Below, piece by piece: positions 59,055-64,000 of a stretch of 64,000 nt of DNA (the stretch's first letter is position 1; every line of letters starts with the position of its first letter). Both the position numbers and the translations under genes were made by a program. Under the pieces are notes generated by a model. That model was not told the DNA's origin, did not search any database, and worked only from the letters and a program-made list of their open reading frames with translations. The stretch is taken from contig CAXXFK010000007.1 in NCBI GenBank assembly GCA_963663965.2, positions 15,564 to 79,563 of the forward strand, given 5' to 3'. This DNA comes from Sedimentisphaerales bacterium. Lineage in GTDB: Bacteria; Planctomycetota; Phycisphaerae; Sedimentisphaerales; SM23-30.

Positions 59055-61337
59055 ATGGTAAAATCAGCCAATCTGGGGTTTCCCCGTATCGGTAAGTTCC
59101 GTGAACTGAAAAAGGCGACCGAATCCTTTTGGAAGGGGGAAATAGACCAGGCGGAATTGGAAAAAAAGGCGCGTGAAATTCGCCGGGAAAACTGGTTGTT
59201 ACAGCAGGCGGCCGGTATCGATCACATTCCATCGGGAGATTTTTCCTTTTATGATCTGGTTCTGGATACGACGGCCATGCTGGGCGCGCTCCCGGAACGG
59301 TTTAAGTTTTCCGGCGGCAAGGTTGATCTGACCACCTATTTTTCGCTGGCTCGCGGCACTGACACCCTGCCCCCTATGGCGATGACAAAATGGTTTGACA
59401 CCAATTACCATTACATTGTACCGGAATTTGAAAAGGGAATGGTATTTAAGCTCGCTTCAACTAAGATCGTGGATCAGTATCAGGAAGCGCGGGCGCTTGG
59501 AATTGAAACCAGGCCGGTTCTTATCGGGCCGGTGACCTATTTATTATCCGGCCAGTCAAAGAGTCGTGGCTTGGATCCCCTGGATCTGCTGGATAATATT
59601 CTGCCGGTTTATAAAGAGATATTGGGCCAACTGGCTCAGGCGGGCGCGCAATGGATTCAGATTGATGAGCCGGTACTGGCAACAGAATTAAACAATGAAG
59701 AAATCGCGGCAATCGTAAAAACATACACCGAATTAAATGTTCCCGCCCTGGGGATGAAGCTTTGCCTGGCGGCCTATTTCGATAGCGTTGAAGATAAGCT
59801 GGAAGCCTTGGTTAAGCTGCCCATCAACGCGTTACACCTTGACCTGGTGAGAGCGCCGCAACAGCTGGATAAAGTCCTAGCTCTGGCAGGAGATCAATTG
59901 ATTTTGTCCTTGGGAGTGGTGAATGGGCGAAATGTCTGGAAGTGCGATTTAAGCCAGGCATTAGCCCCTGTTGAAAAAGCCATTGCGCAACTGGGGGCCG
60001 AACGGGTGATGGTTGCCCCTTCGTGTTCGTTGCTACATAGCCCGGTCGATCTGGCGGCTGAAGAGAAACTGGAAGCTGAAATCAAAGAGCGCATGGCATT
60101 TGCCACACAGAAATTGCATGAAGTGGTTTTATTGCAGAAAGCGGGCAGTAAGGGCAAAACGGCTGTCGCCGATGCGTTGCAGGAAAATCAAGCGGTCTTT
60201 GATCGCGCCCGCGCTTCAACGCGCGTTAATAATCCCAAGGTGCGCCAGAGGCTGGCAAATTTAACAGAAGCCGACTTTAATCGCCGTAATTCATATCCCG
60301 GGCGCCGCAAGGCCCAACAGGCAAGCTTGAAATTGCCCCTGTTGCCAACAACAACGATCGGGTCCTATCCGCAAGTAACTGAGATACGAAAGGCACGGGC
60401 GGATTATAAGAAGGGTCAGATTAACGCAGTGCAATACGAAGCGGCCATGAAGCGCCAAATTGAACGCGTCGTGCGTTTTCAGGAACAGGCCGATCTGGAT
60501 GTATTGGTGCACGGCGAGCCGGAACGCAATGACATGGTTGAATATTTTGGCGAGCTGCTGGAAGGCGTGGCTTTTACCCAGAATGGCTGGGTGCAGAGTT
60601 ATGGAACGCGTTGTGTCAAGCCGCCCGTCATCTGGGGTGATATCAGCCGCCCCAATCCCATGACGCTGGACTGGATTTTATTTGCCCAGTCGCTAACGGA
60701 GCGTTATATGAAAGGGATGCTTACCGGTCCGATAACTATCTTGCAGTGGTCATTTGTTCGAGAGGATCAACCCCGCAGTGACACGGCTTATCAAATCGCT
60801 TTGGCTATTCGTGACGAAGTGTCCGACTTGGAAGCCGCGGGCATCAAAATTATTCAGATAGACGAACCGGCTTTCCGCGAAGGCGTTCCATTGCGCCGGT
60901 CACAATGGCCGGATTATTTTGACTGGGCGGTGAAGGCGTTCAGGTTGACGGCCAGTTGCGTAAAAGATGATACCCAGATTCATACGCATATGTGTTATTC
61001 GGACTTTAATGAGATTATCGCGCCGATTGCCGCCCTGGATGCCGATGTCATTTCGATGGAGGCGTCCCGTTCGGATATCCGACTGTTGAATGCGTTTGTT
61101 GATTACAAATATCCCAACGAAATCGGTCCGGGTGTCTATGATATTCACAGCCCGCGAATTCCTTCGGTTGAAGAAATGAAAATCCGTGCTCTAAAGATGG
61201 CGGAAGTGATTGATAAAGAACAGCTTTGGATCAATCCGGACTGTGGCCTGAAAACCCGCGGCTGGCCGGAGATTGAGGCGGCATTAAAGAACATGGTAGT
61301 GGCCGCCCGCCAGGTTCGTCAGGAGTTGAGGGCCTGA
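59055..61337 (+). CDS. metE: Cobalamin-independent methionine synthase
   Basis: 760 aa. N-terminus LGFPRIGKFRELKKA. C-terminal Zn-site contexts HMCYS and NPDCGLKTR. Confidence 0.95.
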   Translation: MVKSANLGFPRIGKFRELKKATESFWKGEIDQAELEKKAREIRRENWLLQQAAGIDHIPSGDFSFYDLVLDTTAMLGALPERFKFSGGKVDLTTYFSLARGTDTLPPMAMTKWFDTNYHYIVPEFEKGMVFKLASTKIVDQYQEARALGIETRPVLIGPVTYLLSGQSKSRGLDPLDLLDNILPVYKEILGQLAQAGAQWIQIDEPVLATELNNEEIAAIVKTYTELNVPALGMKLCLAAYFDSVEDKLEALVKLPINALHLDLVRAPQQLDKVLALAGDQLILSLGVVNGRNVWKCDLSQALAPVEKAIAQLGAERVMVAPSCSLLHSPVDLAAEEKLEAEIKERMAFATQKLHEVVLLQKAGSKGKTAVADALQENQAVFDRARASTRVNNPKVRQRLANLTEADFNRRNSYPGRRKAQQASLKLPLLPTTTIGSYPQVTEIRKARADYKKGQINAVQYEAAMKRQIERVVRFQEQADLDVLVHGEPERNDMVEYFGELLEGVAFTQNGWVQSYGTRCVKPPVIWGDISRPNPMTLDWILFAQSLTERYMKGMLTGPITILQWSFVREDQPRSDTAYQIALAIRDEVSDLEAAGIKIIQIDEPAFREGVPLRRSQWPDYFDWAVKAFRLTASCVKDDTQIHTHMCYSDFNEIIAPIAALDADVISMEASRSDIRLLNAFVDYKYPNEIGPGVYDIHSPRIPSVEEMKIRALKMAEVIDKEQLWINPDCGLKTRGWPEIEAALKNMVVAARQVRQELRA

Positions 61338-61362
61338 AATTCGCGCTTTATAATAACCTTTT

Positions 61363-61399
61363 AAAAAGCCCTGCGGGTTAATGTCTGTGGGGTTTTTTT
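61363..61399 (+). terminator. Probable rho-independent terminator after metE
   Basis: AAAAAGCCC...GGGGTTTTTTT. The stem contains several G-U pairs and is followed by T7. Confidence 0.5.
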
Positions 61400-61660
61400 A
61401 AAAAACGGATCGGGAGAAATGGGTTGTCACATATCCTCCCCAGGGTGGCCGGCGGCGGGAAACCACCAGGCACTTATAGGTAACTTCTTAATTAGAAGTA
61501 AGATATAAAATCCGATGGAATGCTGACAGAGATGGAGCGGTGACTCCGGGAAACAGAATTCGTAAAAAATGTTGTTTTAAAAAATTTTTGCGGTTGAAAT
61601 TTGTTTTAAATATCATATTGCATGGTGTTGTCAGACCCTATTCAGGTATCAATTTCAAAG

Positions 61661-62191
61661 ATGGATAACAATCAAAATCAAACACGTCAGTTTTTGGGCT
61701 TGCTGATTCCGAATCAGAAGCGGATTTATGCGTTTATATTATATTTAGTTCCAAGACATAATGACGCGGAAGATATTCTCCAGGAGACGCTGGCGGAAAT
61801 GTGGCATAAGTTTGACCAGTTCCAGCCGGGCAGCGATTTTGTGGCTTGGGGAGTAACAATCGCCAAATATAAAATATTATCCTGGAAGCAGAAGCAGACC
61901 AAGGGCAAATTGGTTTTTAATCCGGAAACCGAAGCGCTGATAGAATCGGAAACGCCCGAAAATATTAATCAGATGCAGGAACACCTGGTAGCGCTAAAAG
62001 ATTGTATGGGACGGCTGCCGGCACGCGACAAGGATATCATCCGTCAGCGTTATGAAGACAACAAAACCCTGGCGGCAATATCTACGGGATTTGGTATCAG
62101 CCTGCAGGCTGTCCATAAAACGATCTGCCGGATACACGCCCGCCTGGTGCGCTGTATACGGCTGTCTCTGCAATCGGGAGAGAGAGCATGA
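61661..62191 (+). CDS. ECF-type RNA polymerase sigma factor
   Basis: Region 2 (DAEDILQETLAEMW) and region 4 HTH (TLAAISTGFGISLQAVHKTICRIHARL). I prefer ATG 61661 as the start. Confidence 0.85.
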   Translation: MDNNQNQTRQFLGLLIPNQKRIYAFILYLVPRHNDAEDILQETLAEMWHKFDQFQPGSDFVAWGVTIAKYKILSWKQKQTKGKLVFNPETEALIESETPENINQMQEHLVALKDCMGRLPARDKDIIRQRYEDNKTLAAISTGFGISLQAVHKTICRIHARLVRCIRLSLQSGERA

Positions 62192-63852
62192 ACCCTTACG
62201 AGTCCCTTTTACGTGAAATGTCTGAATTAGTGCTGTTGTGTCTGGAGGACAGGATTAATCCCGACCAGATGGCTCACTTGGAAAGCCTGTTGCAAAGCAA
62301 GCCTGAGGCCAGGCAAATTTATTTTCAACTGCTTAATGTTCATATTGGCATGCAGGACGCCGACAACCTGGTCGGAATGAATGGCCAACAACTTCGAACA
62401 ACCCGAGTCAATGAATTATTGCATGAATTGAGCCGGGCCGAAAAAACACTACCGGCGGAGCCGGTGGAACTGCCCAGGCCGCCGGCCATAAATGATTTAT
62501 CCCGCGATCGGATTCAATTATACCGTTTCGGCCGTAGAGATTTATCCCGGCTGTTAGTGGGGCTAGCGGCCATCATTGTTATGGCGGCCACCATTATATA
62601 TTTCGATCGCACTCTTTTCAATGTGCCACAACAAAGGCCGGTAGTTGCCCGCATCCAGGAAACGATGAATACCGTTTGGCCGGATGGGGTTCATGAACTT
62701 CGGCAGGGAGACCCTGTTAAGCCGGGGGTATTAGATTTCGATGACGGCGCGATTCGTATTTTGTTTAATGATGGCGCCAGTGCGATTGTTCAGGGACCGG
62801 CCCGGTTCAGCTGTCGTACGGAGGATGAGATTTATCTTTATCGCGGCAATGTTTTCGTTTCAGTCCCCCCATCCTCAGTGGGATTTAAGGTTCGCAGCGA
62901 TCGCTTCAGGGTGGTCGATCTGGGTACGGAATTTGGCGTGCAAATCAAACCGGACGGCTCCAACAGGATCCAGATGTATCGTGGCAAGGCTTCATTAATT
63001 GCCGGCCACAGTGAACATGACATTCTGCGAGGCGGCCAGGCCCGCAAGGTTGACGGCCAAACGGGCGCCATCGCCTCAGAGATTTATGAGCCCGAGGCTT
63101 TTATTCAACATATCGACAGCAAGCGTGGCATTGTATGGAAAGGCCAGCCGCTTGACCTGGCGGATATTGTCGGGGGTGGCGACGGATGGGGAACCGGCCA
63201 ATATAGCATGGGTATAGATCTGGAAACAGGGAAGAAACGCCTTGATCTTTCCGCGGACAAAACCATGCGCCCCTCCAAACGATTTATATTGACGCCTGAT
63301 TTTCCTGGGATTGATTGTATTTTTATACCGGGATTCGACGATCAACCGGCCCAAATCTCCTCAACCGGTCTGACTTGTGATGTGTTTCCGACAACGAATG
63401 GAAGAGTATGGGGCTATCTATTTAACGGCGCCTGGCATAAGGGGACCGGGGTGCCCTATCATACTCACAAGCTGGATGGAGTTGATCTCGATTATGATCA
63501 ATATCATGCCTTGAAGATTCATTCTAATCTGGGTATCTCCTATGACCTGAAATCGATCCAACTGGCGATGCCGGGGCTGCGTCCGGTTCGACTGCGGGCC
63601 CGGGCCGGCCTGTCTGAAACGGCCGCGTATTATACTAACAAAATGCCCAGTGCGGTATTCTGGGTGTTGCTGGACGGTGAGGTTCGGCTGCGACGAGCTG
63701 TATTAATGAGCGATGGCGGGTTTGATATTGATATTCCGCTTTTACCAACAACCCGATTTGTATCGTTGGCGGTGACTGATGGAGGAGACGGCAACGCATA
63801 CGATTGGGCCGTATTTATTAATCCGAATCTGGAATTAGAATATTGTCAATAG
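62188..63852 (+). CDS. FecR-like anti-sigma factor with a C-terminal lectin-like beta-sandwich
   Basis: ATGA overlap with the sigma-factor stop. Single TM LLVGLAAIIVMAATIIYF. FecR-type segment IRILFNDGASAIVQGPARF. C-terminal ...VSLAVTDGGDGNAYDWAVFINPNLE. Confidence 0.75.
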   Translation: MNPYESLLREMSELVLLCLEDRINPDQMAHLESLLQSKPEARQIYFQLLNVHIGMQDADNLVGMNGQQLRTTRVNELLHELSRAEKTLPAEPVELPRPPAINDLSRDRIQLYRFGRRDLSRLLVGLAAIIVMAATIIYFDRTLFNVPQQRPVVARIQETMNTVWPDGVHELRQGDPVKPGVLDFDDGAIRILFNDGASAIVQGPARFSCRTEDEIYLYRGNVFVSVPPSSVGFKVRSDRFRVVDLGTEFGVQIKPDGSNRIQMYRGKASLIAGHSEHDILRGGQARKVDGQTGAIASEIYEPEAFIQHIDSKRGIVWKGQPLDLADIVGGGDGWGTGQYSMGIDLETGKKRLDLSADKTMRPSKRFILTPDFPGIDCIFIPGFDDQPAQISSTGLTCDVFPTTNGRVWGYLFNGAWHKGTGVPYHTHKLDGVDLDYDQYHALKIHSNLGISYDLKSIQLAMPGLRPVRLRARAGLSETAAYYTNKMPSAVFWVLLDGEVRLRRAVLMSDGGFDIDIPLLPTTRFVSLAVTDGGDGNAYDWAVFINPNLELEYCQ

Positions 63853-63950
63853 TTAGCATGTATAGCGAGTATTTTAATAAACGAATCCATTCCGGGGAAG
63901 CCGTGGCCCCGGAATGGCAAGATGGTCACGGCCTTGCGGAGGTTTACTAA

Positions 63951-64000
63951 TGAGAAAGTATTTTATTGTGATTTTGATTGTGCTGATGGCAAGTTGGGCC
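63951..64000 (+). CDS. 5' end of an exported protein gene (truncated by the window)
   Basis: GGAGG SD 7 nt upstream. MRKYFIVILIVLMASWA is a signal-peptide-like start. Confidence 0.4.

Overview
This 64-kb chromosomal segment begins in the replication cluster dnaN / DUF721 (dciA-like) / gyrB. I call about 45 protein-coding genes, most with AGGAG-type Shine-Dalgarno sites. By eye I found no rRNA, tRNA, CRISPR array, transposase, integrase or reverse transcriptase. Housekeeping genes are gyrB, gyrA, metK, metE, hisA, dtd, nifS/nifU, feoAB and a pabB-pabC fusion. A GH127-like hydrolase and a Tat-exported sulfatase point to glycan and sulfate-ester degradation. Signalling genes are three sensor histidine kinases (two carry CXXCH haem-c sensor domains), one OmpR-type regulator and an ECF sigma/FecR pair. 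Many genes encode large secreted or envelope proteins: FG-GAP, NHL, a 1263-aa PQQ-propeller/HEXXH/dockerin protein, a GLUG-repeat protein, a PEP-CTERM-like protein and a prepilin-type N-terminus. This repertoire suggests a PVC-group bacterium (Planctomycetota, Lentisphaerota or Kiritimatiellota-like), which is inference only. I found no clear-cut novel system. The main leads are: (1) a single in-frame TAG that joins a prepilin-type ORF to a downstream 5-TM/double-zinc-ribbon ORF; (2) two orphan haem-c histidine kinases, one translationally coupled to an S46 peptidase; (3) an A/T-rich island with an HTH-methyltransferase fusion divergent from a DUF1152-like gene, with helically phased ATGATAA repeats between them; (4) a 10-mer, TATAATAACC, present four times and only in intergenic DNA; (5) a 389-nt structured intergenic region with 14-nt direct repeats; (6) an unannotated 29-codon hydrophobic ORF with a perfect SD; (7) an RmlD-like protein that has lost the YxxxK catalytic dyad; (8) two uncharacterised envelope-protein clusters.
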